A stretch of 64,000 nt of DNA from the NCBI RefSeq assembly GCF_056712565.1, contig NZ_CM160072.1; one strand, 5' to 3'. Position numbers and translations under genes: made by a program. The notes beneath the pieces are model-generated. The model saw nothing but the letters and a program-made list of their open reading frames with translations. It was not told the DNA's origin and ran no database searches. Each line of letters begins with the position of its first letter. Within the stretch, counting starts at the first letter, position 1. Of the stretch, positions 31,814-42,384 are shown in pieces.

Positions 31814-33127
31814 TTATTCCGATAATTCACGTTTACGTAAGAACAGCACGACGCTGGCGACAATACCGACCGCCACGACAACGCCAATAATCCCAAGCGA
31901 CATCAATTCAGAAATCGACCAACCGAACATATTGCCCACGGACAACGCTGAGATTTGCGCACTTTCACCGGCAAAACTGAAACCGCCTTTGAGCGCCATT
32001 TCAGTGAAGTAAGGCGCGAACTGGGTGGCGATCAGCAGGACGGTAATCATCACGATGACCCCGCTTATCAACGTCCTGACCAGGTCTCCGCGGTGGATAA
32101 CCGTAGCCATACAGATAAAGAACGGTGCTACCGGCAGGTCTGCGAGGGGTAACACTTTGTTGCCCGGTAAAATGCTGGCCAGAATTAACATAATGGGTAT
32201 CAGTAGCAGACCGACAGCAATGGTGGTTGGATGCCCCAGCGTCACAGCAGTATCCAGACCGATATACACTTCACGTCCTTTGAAATATTTCTGGAAGAAC
32301 TTTCTTGCACCGTCGGAGATGGGCAGCAGGCCCTCAACAATCAGGCGGATCATGCGCGGGAACAACACCATGATTGCCGCAACGGTAATCATCAGACTGG
32401 CGCAACCTTTAAAGCCTTCACCAGCCGCCAGGCCAAAAATCAGACCGAGCACTACGCCGATAATCACCGGATCGCCGACCATGCCGTAGCGTTTCTGGAT
32501 CTCCTGAGCATCGATATTGCGTCCCTTCATGAAAGGGATTTTTTCATAGATAGCATCAAGTAGAACGAAAAGCGGTACTGAACTGGAACCGTAGCCTTGC
32601 GGTATCGAAATACCTTCCAGCCCGACGATGTTCTGTACCCGTTTTGCCGTCCAGTCGGCCATTTTTAACGATAGCGCCGCATGGCAGATTGCCCCCAGCA
32701 CACCATAAATCAGGCTACCGGTCATAAGCTGGACCACCGTACCCGTAATGGCGTAGTGCCAGTAATTGTAAATATCGACGTTCATCGTTTTGGTCAGACG
32801 GGTGACCAGCATGGCGACATTGAGAAGAAAAATAACTGGGATAATCATGGCGCCAATGGCTGTCGCATAACCAACGCCGGAGGCAGGGCCTGCGCCAACG
32901 TCAAAGACATGCAGGGCTAGGCCGAAACGCTCAATCATCACTTTGATAGGGGGACTGAGGCTGTCGATCGCCATGACGATCACCAGTCCCATACCGACAA
33001 AACCAATCCCAACCGTTACCCCTGCCTTAATCGCCTGCAGCCAGGGGATGCGGAAGATAAGGCCAATCACGATCATGATGATAGGGACGAAAACGGTACC
33101 GCCGAGAGACAGGATGTAATCAAACAT
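31814..33127 (-). CDS. sgcC: PTS enzyme IIC component (galactitol-type)
   Basis: 437-aa polytopic membrane ORF. Confidence 0.8.
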   Translation of the reverse strand: MFDYILSLGGTVFVPIIMIVIGLIFRIPWLQAIKAGVTVGIGFVGMGLVIVMAIDSLSPPIKVMIERFGLALHVFDVGAGPASGVGYATAIGAMIIPVIFLLNVAMLVTRLTKTMNVDIYNYWHYAITGTVVQLMTGSLIYGVLGAICHAALSLKMADWTAKRVQNIVGLEGISIPQGYGSSSVPLFVLLDAIYEKIPFMKGRNIDAQEIQKRYGMVGDPVIIGVVLGLIFGLAAGEGFKGCASLMITVAAIMVLFPRMIRLIVEGLLPISDGARKFFQKYFKGREVYIGLDTAVTLGHPTTIAVGLLLIPIMLILASILPGNKVLPLADLPVAPFFICMATVIHRGDLVRTLISGVIVMITVLLIATQFAPYFTEMALKGGFSFAGESAQISALSVGNMFGWSISELMSLGIIGVVVAVGIVASVVLFLRKRELSE

Positions 33128-33138
33128 AATGCCTCCTT

Positions 33139-33417
33139 TTATTGAGTTAACAGAGCCTTGATTTGTTGTTTTAACGCGTCGTCGTTGATCCCTGTGAGCA
33201 GGGCGGCGCCATTAAGCGTAGGGATGCCGTAATCACTGTTGGTTCGCATGGAGGTTACAATAAGGTCCATACCGTTACAGTTAAGAGGGATCTCATTCAG
33301 ACAGCATTGGGCGGTAGTGGCTGAAATGCCCTGTTCAGTCAGGAACTCTTGCAGCTTGTGTGCAATCATGGTTGAAGTCGACATGCCGGTACCGCATGCC
33401 ACAAGGATCTTTTTCAT
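33139..33417 (-). CDS. sgcB: PTS enzyme IIB component
   Basis: 92-aa ORF with N-terminal cysteine (MKKILVACGTGMSTS). Confidence 0.8.
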   Translation of the reverse strand: MKKILVACGTGMSTSTMIAHKLQEFLTEQGISATTAQCCLNEIPLNCNGMDLIVTSMRTNSDYGIPTLNGAALLTGINDDALKQQIKALLTQ

Positions 33418-34565
33418 AATGGATGTGCCTCTTGTGTAGTGCCTGAATCAGGCTCAACGGGGAAATGTGCTGCTGACATACCTGCCAGAGCGGTCAATAG
33501 GCGGATGCAATCAGTCAAATCACGCAGGCTGGCAACCTCCGCCGGAGAATGGGTATAGCGACAAGGAATAGAGAGACTGGCGCAGGGAATACCATCCTGC
33601 TCAACCTGGATATAACCGGTTTCTGTTATCACGCCGGGAGCCACTTCTCGCTGCACCGGAATGTTGTGTTCAAGAGCCGTCTGTTCCAACATCCGTATCA
33701 GGCGAGGAGGCGTGATTAATCCGGCCAGCGTTCCCCGACCATGGTAGTTCAGGCAGGTGATCCCAACGCCCTGATTAATCCTGACCTCGGAATAATCGTG
33801 TAAATCAGGGGTGTCACACGATGGAGTGATATCAATACCAATCGCCAGGTCAGGTTTTACACGGCGTAATACGGGAACAATGCCGCGGATATTAAATTCT
33901 TCCTGTACCGAAGCCACCAGATAAACGGCGATATCAAGCCCCATAGTACTGATAGCATCCGCTACACCGAGCAGGGCAGTACAGCCTAGACGATCGTCTA
34001 GTGCTTTACTGCACACCAGATCGTTTGCCAGGAGTTGCGGCGGGTTATACAGAGTGACAGGCGTACCGACTTGAATGCCCATCCGTATAGCGTCGTCTTT
34101 GTCTTTGGCACCAATATCAATCCACAGTTTGTCGACAGAAGGTGACTGCGTGCGCTCGTCGCCTTTGGCAAAGTGGTAGGACTTAATGCCGATACACCCC
34201 ATGACTGGCCCTTTGTCCCCGGTGAGGGTGACGATGGAACCAGCCATAGTGACCTGCGCAGGACCGCCTACGCGTTCAAAGCGTAAAAATCCAGACGGCT
34301 CTATTTTGCGCACCATAAAACCGACTTCATCCATATGCGCAAAAATCATCAGTCGCAGCGCATCGGGTTTATCACTACCGTAGCGCGCGACGACATTCCC
34401 AAGCCTGTCTCGCCAGACCTCTTTTGCCTGACGCCTGAATTCGCACAGCATGACGTCAGCGACAGCGTTTTCGTGTCCTGAAATCGCATTGTGCTGCAAA
34501 AGCGAGAACAGGGTTTCCTGCACAGAAAATGACATAGCTATCTCCGTAGACCGTAAAACAATCAC
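33414..34565 (-). CDS. sgcX: M42-family peptidase/endoglucanase-like protein
   Basis: 383-aa ORF; start may be internal (MSFSVQ...). Confidence 0.75.
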   Translation of the reverse strand: MIVLRSTEIAMSFSVQETLFSLLQHNAISGHENAVADVMLCEFRRQAKEVWRDRLGNVVARYGSDKPDALRLMIFAHMDEVGFMVRKIEPSGFLRFERVGGPAQVTMAGSIVTLTGDKGPVMGCIGIKSYHFAKGDERTQSPSVDKLWIDIGAKDKDDAIRMGIQVGTPVTLYNPPQLLANDLVCSKALDDRLGCTALLGVADAISTMGLDIAVYLVASVQEEFNIRGIVPVLRRVKPDLAIGIDITPSCDTPDLHDYSEVRINQGVGITCLNYHGRGTLAGLITPPRLIRMLEQTALEHNIPVQREVAPGVITETGYIQVEQDGIPCASLSIPCRYTHSPAEVASLRDLTDCIRLLTALAGMSAAHFPVEPDSGTTQEAHPL

Positions 34566-34933
34566 TCGTTGAGCGTTTTATAGGCGCAGACTGGTCGAAT
34601 AATTGTGAGAACGTTCACGTGAAAACGCGCAAAGCTGAACAAATAAAAAATTATGTGAGCCGAGTGGAATAAAAGCGCTCAACGTTTGTGAAAGTTACGG
34701 GCTGGAGAGACCAGTGATTATGGTTGAAATAATGAGGATGAATAAAACGCGGTAACTGTTATAGCACCACTTTGTTGCAGGACGCTCCCTCTTCATTACG
34801 TCCTGCACGTGGATACCCCAGCATCTCCATCAGCGGATCTTAGAATGTAATGGCGCGTGGCAGGTCGTTGGTTCCCAGCATAATGTAAGAAAACATCGGA
34901 TCTCCTGAATAGATTCAGAGGGAGTATAGATAA

Positions 34934-35194
34934 TCAGCTCAAATCACTCTCCGCTTTATGAGCCCAGGCTGGCATTGCCGTCAGATAACGTTTTGCACGC
35001 TTATGTGCTTCCTCCGGGCCGACTTTTTGCCAGGAATCAAGGAAGCTGGCTAAACCTGATACCGCTTCTTCCCAGGGTTTGAGATTGCCGTTGCTGTCGC
35101 TGCATTACGCACAATATTGATCACTGGCACTGTGTGCATCTGGTGCCGACATCGGCATTCCGCAAGCCTGACAGAACTGTTCATGTTGTGACAT
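34934..35194 (-). pseudogene. Small zinc-ribbon protein gene interrupted by an in-frame TAA at codon 30
   Basis: AAGGAG RBS then ATG at 35194; translation MSQHEQFCQACGMPMSAPDAHSASDQYCA*CSDSNGNLKPWEEAVSGLASFLDSWQKVGPEEAHKRAKRYLTAMPAWAHKAESDLS*; the stop sits inside the second CxxC pair. Confidence 0.55.
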
Positions 35195-35320
35195 ATGATG
35201 CTCCTTATGGTGACATCTTGATTAATAAACATACTGAATATGTATTGTGCAGGTGATACATCAGATCAAAGCAAAGGTAAAGCCTCGATATTTCCAGCCA
35301 GAAATACCGGGAACCTGTTG

Positions 35321-36067
35321 TTACCGGGCGATGAGTGCGAACACGCCCCAGCCAAAGCATTCCCGCGCGTAGGTCACGTAGCGTTTCGGCGCGATGTTTA
35401 GTTCGGCCCTGACTTCGGCGGCGAAGTCATCGTCAGGATTCGCTTCCAGCCAGCGGCGCATGGTCAGCCATTTTGCGGCTTCATACCGGTCCCAGCCTTC
35501 CTGGTCTGCCAGTACCATTTCCACCACGTCATAGCCGAGATCGTCGAACGCTCCGACAAGTCCTGGCAGCGTCAGGAAATCGCTTGTCGAGCTGACGCCG
35601 CAGGCCTGGGCTATTTCTTCTGTTGCTGGTAGCTGACGCCAGTAGGGTTCGCCGATAAGCATGATCCCGCCCGGTTTCAGGCTTTGCGCTAGCAGCTCCT
35701 CCGCCCCGGCAAACCCACCGGCAATCCATGTCGCGCCGACGCAGGCCGCCACGTCACATTTTTCATTTGCGACGTAACCGGCCGCATCGTTATGAATAAA
35801 ATGTACGCGTTCGCTGACGCCGAGTTCTTCCGCGCGACGCTTTGCCTGCGCGGTGAAGAGCGAACTCATGTCGATGCCAGTCCCCGTAATGCCATGATCC
35901 CTGGCCCAGGTGCAGAGCATCTCGCCCGAGCCGCTGCCGAGGTCAAGAATGCGGGTGCCCGGCTTCATGCGCAGCACGCGACCCAGCGTGGCGTACTTCT
36001 CTTCGGTGAACGGGTTATGGATGCGGTGTTCACTTTCGCTGATGGTAAAAATACGTGGGATATCCAT
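35321..36067 (-). CDS. yjhP: SAM-dependent methyltransferase
   Basis: 248-aa ORF with LDLGSGSG motif I. Confidence 0.8.
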   Translation of the reverse strand: MDIPRIFTISESEHRIHNPFTEEKYATLGRVLRMKPGTRILDLGSGSGEMLCTWARDHGITGTGIDMSSLFTAQAKRRAEELGVSERVHFIHNDAAGYVANEKCDVAACVGATWIAGGFAGAEELLAQSLKPGGIMLIGEPYWRQLPATEEIAQACGVSSTSDFLTLPGLVGAFDDLGYDVVEMVLADQEGWDRYEAAKWLTMRRWLEANPDDDFAAEVRAELNIAPKRYVTYARECFGWGVFALIAR

Positions 36068-36122
36068 TATTTAATTCCTGTTATTGGGTTAAGCCTTAAA
36101 AAGGACACAACAAGATTGTTAT

Positions 36123-36668
36123 TCACGTCAGTGCTCCGGTTTCATCAGGGTCTGCGCACCGGATGTGGCCGGTCAGGGTCATGGGCTGAGCGGTGAGTGA
36201 TTGCATCATCCAGCAGGCTTTGTGCTCCTCCGGGATGGGATAAGGTGCCGGATAGCCTTTGTCTCCGGCACAGGGTTCGAACCCATGTCGGGGGTAATAG
36301 GTGGCGTGGCCGAGAACAAAAACCGTCTGGCAGCCCATCAACCTCAGGTGCTCGATGCCAGTGCGTATCAACCGTCCTCCCACGCCCATCCCTTGGTATT
36401 CCGGTATGAAAGCCAGGGGAGCGAGGATGTGCATCAACGGTGAATCCATTTCTCCTTTGAAGGTTGCCCGGGTAAATAAAATATGCCCGACGGCTTTGCC
36501 TTCATACCGGGCTAGCAGCGATAACGCGGGGCGCGCGCTTTCATCCTCAAGTAAAGAGGCCACTAAATCGGCTTCTTTGCCGAAGCCAAATGCGCGGGTT
36601 TCGACTTCCCGGATATCACTGGCATCACTTTTATCTGTGATATGAAAAGTGAAGTGGTGTACTGTCAT
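36123..36668 (-). CDS. yjhQ: GNAT-family acetyltransferase (putative antitoxin partner of TopAI)
   Basis: 181-aa ORF with GNAT motifs (…YQGMGVGGRLI…). Confidence 0.8.
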   Translation of the reverse strand: MTVHHFTFHITDKSDASDIREVETRAFGFGKEADLVASLLEDESARPALSLLARYEGKAVGHILFTRATFKGEMDSPLMHILAPLAFIPEYQGMGVGGRLIRTGIEHLRLMGCQTVFVLGHATYYPRHGFEPCAGDKGYPAPYPIPEEHKACWMMQSLTAQPMTLTGHIRCADPDETGALT

Positions 36669-36679
36669 AGAAACTCTCC

Positions 36680-36936
36680 TTAGCGATTATCGAGCTGAGC
36701 GCGAACTTTATTCAGCTCGGTGGTGTTGATTCGATAGGGCTGGCCATTGACGGACTTGATAAGTTTTTGGTTTTGAGTTTTTTGAAGACGGCGAGCGTGC
36801 AGTCGGTCAGCAACAGCCCTTCGCGGCTGTAGCATTCAACGGAAGTGACGCGGCCTGAAGAATCGCGGACGTGCGCAATACGTCTACCTTTAGCGAGAAC
36901 GTGTAAGGTATGTTGTTCCTGACGGGATAAATTCAT
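36680..36936 (-). pseudogene. topAI: topAI/yjhX-family topoisomerase I inhibitor toxin gene with a frameshift in an A-run
   Basis: ATG 36936 to stop 36680 is 257 nt (not a multiple of 3); annotated frame ends early (…[23 protein letters not shown]), while a +1 shift at ACCAAAAAC (about 36765) restores …[28 protein letters not shown] ending just before the yjhQ RBS. Confidence 0.7.
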
Positions 36937-37897
36937 ACTGAAGAACCTATTTAATCATCATGTGCAAAACGTGCAAACACACCGCGGTGTCCGCATTCGA
37001 TTTCGGCGCATTGATAATCAGTCCGGCCTGAAAAGGTCGGGGAACTGATTATCGGATGATTACATTCTCCAGCATCAAAGCCTCGGGTTGAGTTGAAAGG
37101 TATTTACGGAGCGAATATTAACACGTAGTTATAGGAGGGATATGTTTCAGTAGAAAAAGTGTGATGTACTTTGGAAATTGAATGCCAACCCATTTACTGG
37201 AAAAGGCAGATGACACTGACGAATGCATGTTGAAGTACGCCTGAAATGGCCTCATCGGCTTTTCCCTTCGGGAGATTATTCTCCTTTTGTTAAATCCAGA
37301 ACATAAATATGCTCACCCATATTCGATGCTTGAAAAATTGAAGCCAATCCTGATAAGTAATTTTTTTGAAAGGGTATTTTCCGGATTCACACCGGCTTTG
37401 ATGAGTGAAAAACCGTTCTCTTTTATTCAGTCAATCGTGGCGGTAATTGCTTCAATTGCATATCCCTGGCGAGCATAAGCGGGACTGATGGTATAGCCGA
37501 GCCAAAACACATCGCATTGCTGACGTAAATAGATATCACCAATCAAAACCTGCGTCATTTGTTGACAATGGCCAATTGAATATCGCGAGCAAGTGTAAGA
37601 ACTCCCAGCAAGACCCTGTAAATAATTCTGTGTAACTGCCCACGATTAAAGGTGGCCGCTCAGGCGGTCACCGTATTCGATAATAAATGGGTCTGGAAAA
37701 AGTGCAGCATCTGGCAGCGTAATGCAGGTAGCCCAGTTCAACTCTCACTACCAGTATGATCCCAAGTTCGAGCGCGGAATGTATCTGTATGAGCATCGTC
37801 GCTGTTTCAATAACATCATCGACTACTGTAACTCACTTTGCTATCACGGTAAGTTGCAGCCTAAAAGAGGGATGGAAAAAGGACGATTTTCCCCGCA

Positions 37898-38914
37898 ATG
37901 GGATATTTACATATTGATGGTAGAGGCATGAAGCCAAATGGAGGGAGCCGTCATAACCCTCTTGAAGCTGAAACAATAGCAGCATGGCTGGTGGCACATA
38001 AGGATGATATAGAGCGCCATTACGGGGAACCACTGTACAAAGTTGTTGGTGTTGTGACGCCATTTTCGGCGCAGGTTAATGCTATCAAAATGTCATTGCG
38101 TAAGCTGGAAATTAATGGCAAAGACGAGCAGGGTTTACTGACAGTGGGGACTGTGCACTCCTTGCAGGGGGCGGAAAGGGCGATTGTTCTCTTTTCTCCT
38201 GTCTACTCAAAACATGAAGATGGCAGGTTTCTTGATAGCAACAGCACTATCCTCAATGTTGCTGTCTCACGCGCTAAAGATAGTTTTCTGGTATTTGGCG
38301 ATATGGACCTTATCGAGATGCAGCCCGCATTTTCGCCGCGAGGGTTATTGGCAAAATATCTCTTTTCTTCAGATAATAATGCGTTGCAATTTGAGTTTCA
38401 GAAACGACAGGATTTAATTTCCGCACATACACAAATTTCAACGCTGCATGGTGTGGAGCAGCATGATGAATTTTTGAACAAGACTCTTGCCGGAGCTCAA
38501 AAGAAAATAACGATTATTTCCCCTTGGTTATCCTGGCAAAAAGTGGAGCAAACGGGATTTCTGGCATCAATGGCTTTGGCCCGTTCCCGGGGCATTGATA
38601 TTACCGTGGTGACGGATAAAAACTGCAATATAGCGCATGTCGATGATGATAAGCGTCAGGAGAAACAACATCTGCTGAATGATGCTGTTGAAAAGCTCAA
38701 TAAGATGGGTATCGCTACGAAATTGGTTAATCGTGTTCACAGCAAAATTGTGATTGAGGATGAAGAACTGCTGTGTGTCGGATCTTTTAACTGGTTCAGT
38801 GCTACACGGGAAGATAAGTATCAACGATACGATACGTCTTTGGTGTACCGTGGTGAAGGCGTAAAAAATGAAATAAAGGCAATATATGGTAGTCTGGATC
38901 AACGTCAGCTTTAA
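37898..38914 (+). CDS. yjhR: Helicase-remnant protein (C-terminal SF1 helicase domain plus PLD-like domain)
   Basis: 338-aa ORF; the preceding ORF 37722-37931 encodes an adjoining helicase segment in another frame, so this is a frameshifted fragment of a larger gene. Confidence 0.65.
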
Positions 38915-39496
38915 ATGTGATGAGCCGTTCATGATACAGGAGTAGTAAAGGGCATATTTTACCAATGTTAAGGCGACTTTCCGTTTTATTGTGAGTCGCC
39001 TTTCCTGATTATAAATCTTATTGTTTACCTAATCATTTTCCTTTGCATAATGCGCCTGGGATTAATGGCGGGTGCTTTTAGGAATGAAAGAAAATGCAAG
39101 CAATAATATAATAATGGCCTAATTTCTTTGAACATCATTAAGCATATCATCATCGTCTATTTGCCAGAATCCGTCGACTTATAATCGCCAGAACGGCATA
39201 TCAGGACGGTGCTGCGAACGCTGTGGCCCAAAACGTTCCAGTAAACTGTGTAGATGTTCGTAGATTTCCGAGCCATAATCGAAAAGGCGCGGATGTCTAT
39301 TAAGGCATCCGGCTAATCTGTAAGCAATAACAACGGTTTATGCGGTGCGCGTTTTTCACCCTTGTGCCAGATTATTATATTGGCAATTGCCTGCTGTTCG
39401 AGCCCGCAAGTGAAGAGATATTACCTTGATCTCATTTGTTTTTTGTTGTCTACTCTGAGAACGAACAAGGACATCCCCCATGAATAAACTCCCCGC

Positions 39497-40477
39497 TCAC
39501 CTTTCGCGCCAAAACTGCAAAATTGCTTCTACAAATCTGTCAGAAATAATCCCCCGACGGGCTGCAGTGCTGAAATGACTGCTTCGCAGTGCCGTCGTCC
39601 AGTTCTCCGGTGACCGGTACGCTGAACCGTAATATCCCGTGCTTAAATCGTCCGGGTCTTCATCAGGCGCGTTCGTCAGTCCTCTTTCACCTTGTTGCTG
39701 GAAGTCGACGAAAATAATATTGGCTAAAACATTATTTTGATAATTGCCATAAATAGCTTCATACGAATGCGGGAAATTTTCTTTCCAGTACCAGGTGGTA
39801 TCGCCGCAAAACCACGGCGCGTCAGTAATATTATTAAGCTGAGAATGGTATTGTTTTAGATCCCTACGAAAGGCTTCAACCATATGATTAAAGTGTTGAG
39901 GGTGTGACGCGTAGTCACTGGTCATTAAGTCAAATTCGCCTTGCATCCAGCATGCGCCGAGGAATTTGTTCTGCGGATTTTTTGCCAGTGCGGCTCGCGT
40001 TCTGCTGACTAAATCCTGGTACAGCGGAGTATCCGTTCCCCAACGACAAGCATCATGGCTGGCTCCGTGCCGTTCTGAATATGTCCCTTCGCTGCCCGCG
40101 GTAAAAGCCGATCCGCCACGGCAACACGGAACGATAAGAATCCCTGCATTATCAGGAATGAAGGGCAGTAATTTCCGTGCAATATGCAGTGCCTGGCCAA
40201 CGGTGCCGTACTGTGTTTGATGATTCGTTGCCAGAGGATGGTGATAACCCTGCATATCCTGAACATCGTGTGGGCAGTGAGTCAGTGGAATAATGTCGTT
40301 AAAGTGACATGGCGGGCCTCCGGGATGCGTATGCGCAAATCTCGCTAATTGTTTAATTCTGGGATGAGGCGCATCTTCCCTGTCCGGTAATGGCAGTCCT
40401 TCGCCATACGCCATGGCATTAGACTGACCAGCAACGGTAAGAACATAGTAATAATCGGGCGATATTATTGCGTTCAT
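39497..40477 (-). CDS. nanS: 9-O-acetyl-N-acetylneuraminate esterase
   Basis: Start MNAIISPDYYYVLTVAGQSNAMAYGEG...; SGNH-type esterase. Confidence 0.85.
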   Translation of the reverse strand: MNAIISPDYYYVLTVAGQSNAMAYGEGLPLPDREDAPHPRIKQLARFAHTHPGGPPCHFNDIIPLTHCPHDVQDMQGYHHPLATNHQTQYGTVGQALHIARKLLPFIPDNAGILIVPCCRGGSAFTAGSEGTYSERHGASHDACRWGTDTPLYQDLVSRTRAALAKNPQNKFLGACWMQGEFDLMTSDYASHPQHFNHMVEAFRRDLKQYHSQLNNITDAPWFCGDTTWYWKENFPHSYEAIYGNYQNNVLANIIFVDFQQQGERGLTNAPDEDPDDLSTGYYGSAYRSPENWTTALRSSHFSTAARRGIISDRFVEAILQFWRER

Positions 40478-40541
40478 ATAAATTTCGCGTAATTGAAATG
40501 ACAAATTGATAGCAGGGCCCCTTTACCGGGGCCCTGAAGCG

Positions 40542-41648
40542 TTAGTTTTGTACTGTGACTTTATTATCCTTCACAGTGATCAAAACTGAATCCGTCACCG
40601 CTTTGCCGCCTGCAGTTTCACCGCCAATAATCAATAGACTATTATTCCAGGGCAATGATACTCCGTAGGCCCGACCTTGCGATAATTCACCCGATTTATC
40701 CCATTTCCCGTTATGCCAAAGATGAATATCAGTGCTATATGATTTTTTCAGGCCTTCATGCGCATAGTTCTTACCGTTCTGGTAATTTTCTCGTGAACCT
40801 TTGAATCCGGCCCCTCCGGCAAATATAAGAGAATCATTGCTTATCCCCGCAAAACCGCCAGCTACGCCATCTGGTGATGAGACGGGAGCAAGCTTATTCC
40901 ATTTTAAATTATTACCGGTGAAATCAAGTTCAAATACGGCATCCGTTCGCAATCCTGGTTTGGCTTCGCCATTAATAAGCCAGGTTTTATCACCTTTATT
41001 CACAACCGCCGCACCAGCCGTTCCGTACCAGGGCGATTCGCCAGCGTAACTCCATTGCTGTGTTGAGGGATCAAAAGACAACAGAAACTTATTGAAGAAA
41101 TAATCTTCTGCTTTTTTGTCAAAATAGTGAGCATTGATTTTATCTATAGCGGTTGAATCTTTTCCAGCCTCGTTGAGATCTTCAAAATAGCCATTGAAGA
41201 TATTCTGGTTAACACCACCAGTAACATAAGCCTTGCCGTTGTGTACAAAAGTCACATGGCCCGCCATGCCCATCGGCGCGTGCGACATCAATTTAACCCA
41301 ACTATTGGTTTTGGGGTTGTATTTGTGTACGTCATTAAATACCTGAGTCAAGCCCTCGCTGTTTTTGCCAATGCCGCCAAACACATACAGATTGCCATCA
41401 ATAAATGCAGAGGTTGCTTGATCTCTTGGTCCGCCAGGGAATGCAGCTAACGCTGTCCATTTTTTATCTTTGGCCTGTGTATCCAGCTTGTACCATGCCG
41501 TACCTGCGCTACCTAAACCAATGTAGACAGTGTCGTTATCAATTGCTCCGGTACCACTTTTAAATGGCACAGGAGTTTCCGGTAATACAGATGCGTTTGC
41601 GGCAAATGAAGCCATCATGATAGCAAGCGCCGTTATTGTTTTATTCAT
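40542..41648 (-). CDS. nanM: N-acetylneuraminate epimerase (Kelch-repeat mutarotase)
   Basis: Start MNKTITALAIMMASFAANA (signal peptide); Kelch-type beta-propeller repeats. Confidence 0.85.
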   Translation of the reverse strand: MNKTITALAIMMASFAANASVLPETPVPFKSGTGAIDNDTVYIGLGSAGTAWYKLDTQAKDKKWTALAAFPGGPRDQATSAFIDGNLYVFGGIGKNSEGLTQVFNDVHKYNPKTNSWVKLMSHAPMGMAGHVTFVHNGKAYVTGGVNQNIFNGYFEDLNEAGKDSTAIDKINAHYFDKKAEDYFFNKFLLSFDPSTQQWSYAGESPWYGTAGAAVVNKGDKTWLINGEAKPGLRTDAVFELDFTGNNLKWNKLAPVSSPDGVAGGFAGISNDSLIFAGGAGFKGSRENYQNGKNYAHEGLKKSYSTDIHLWHNGKWDKSGELSQGRAYGVSLPWNNSLLIIGGETAGGKAVTDSVLITVKDNKVTVQN

Positions 41649-41667
41649 TGTGACTGTCTCCTGTCTA

Positions 41668-42384
41668 CTACAGTTTAAATGACACACCAATGCGATAACT
41701 GTTTTCCGATAAATTATCTCTGCCGTTGTAAACACCCTGACGGTCAAGGTAGTCATATTCTATGTATGGCGTAATATCGGGCGTCATATGGTATTGTAGA
41801 ACAAATGCATTTTCCGTCGCCCATTTCTTATGGTTTGCATAGCGATAATCGTTCTGTTTGCTGTATAGCGTCGTTTGCCATGCGAAGGTGAAATCACTAT
41901 TAATATGGTAAGTGACATATCCATCCCAACGATGAACGTTATCACGAGACATATCACCGGATAAGTCTTGTTGTCGGTAAGCTTTCCAGTCGTAACGATA
42001 GCGAATGCCAAAATTAAGATCTTTTGTCGCGTCCCAGGACAGTTTTACGTAGGGTCCGTAGCGTGTGCCGTTGCTGCTAAAATGCGTTAACATTCCCGGG
42101 CGCACCGTCCATTGATCATCAAGTTTAATCGCGTAATTAACTTCAACCTGAACATCATTGAGTGCGGCATTTTCCTTTTTATTATCATGAATGGTATTCC
42201 AGGTATTACTTTCCATGCTTGCCCACCATCCATTTTGCCATCCCTCACTGACTTTGAGTCGAGTCTCATAGGCGTGGCTTCCACTACGATATCCACCACG
42301 TACGTCCAGTGTCGCAGCCTGAGAAATTAATGGGGACGAAAAGCACAGTAATAATACGCCAGAAAGTATTTTAGCCTTTTTCAT
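41668..42384 (-). CDS. nanC: KdgM-family outer-membrane N-acetylneuraminic acid channel
   Basis: Start MKKAKILSGVLLLCFSSPLISQA; beta-barrel porin. Confidence 0.85.
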   Translation of the reverse strand: MKKAKILSGVLLLCFSSPLISQAATLDVRGGYRSGSHAYETRLKVSEGWQNGWWASMESNTWNTIHDNKKENAALNDVQVEVNYAIKLDDQWTVRPGMLTHFSSNGTRYGPYVKLSWDATKDLNFGIRYRYDWKAYRQQDLSGDMSRDNVHRWDGYVTYHINSDFTFAWQTTLYSKQNDYRYANHKKWATENAFVLQYHMTPDITPYIEYDYLDRQGVYNGRDNLSENSYRIGVSFKL

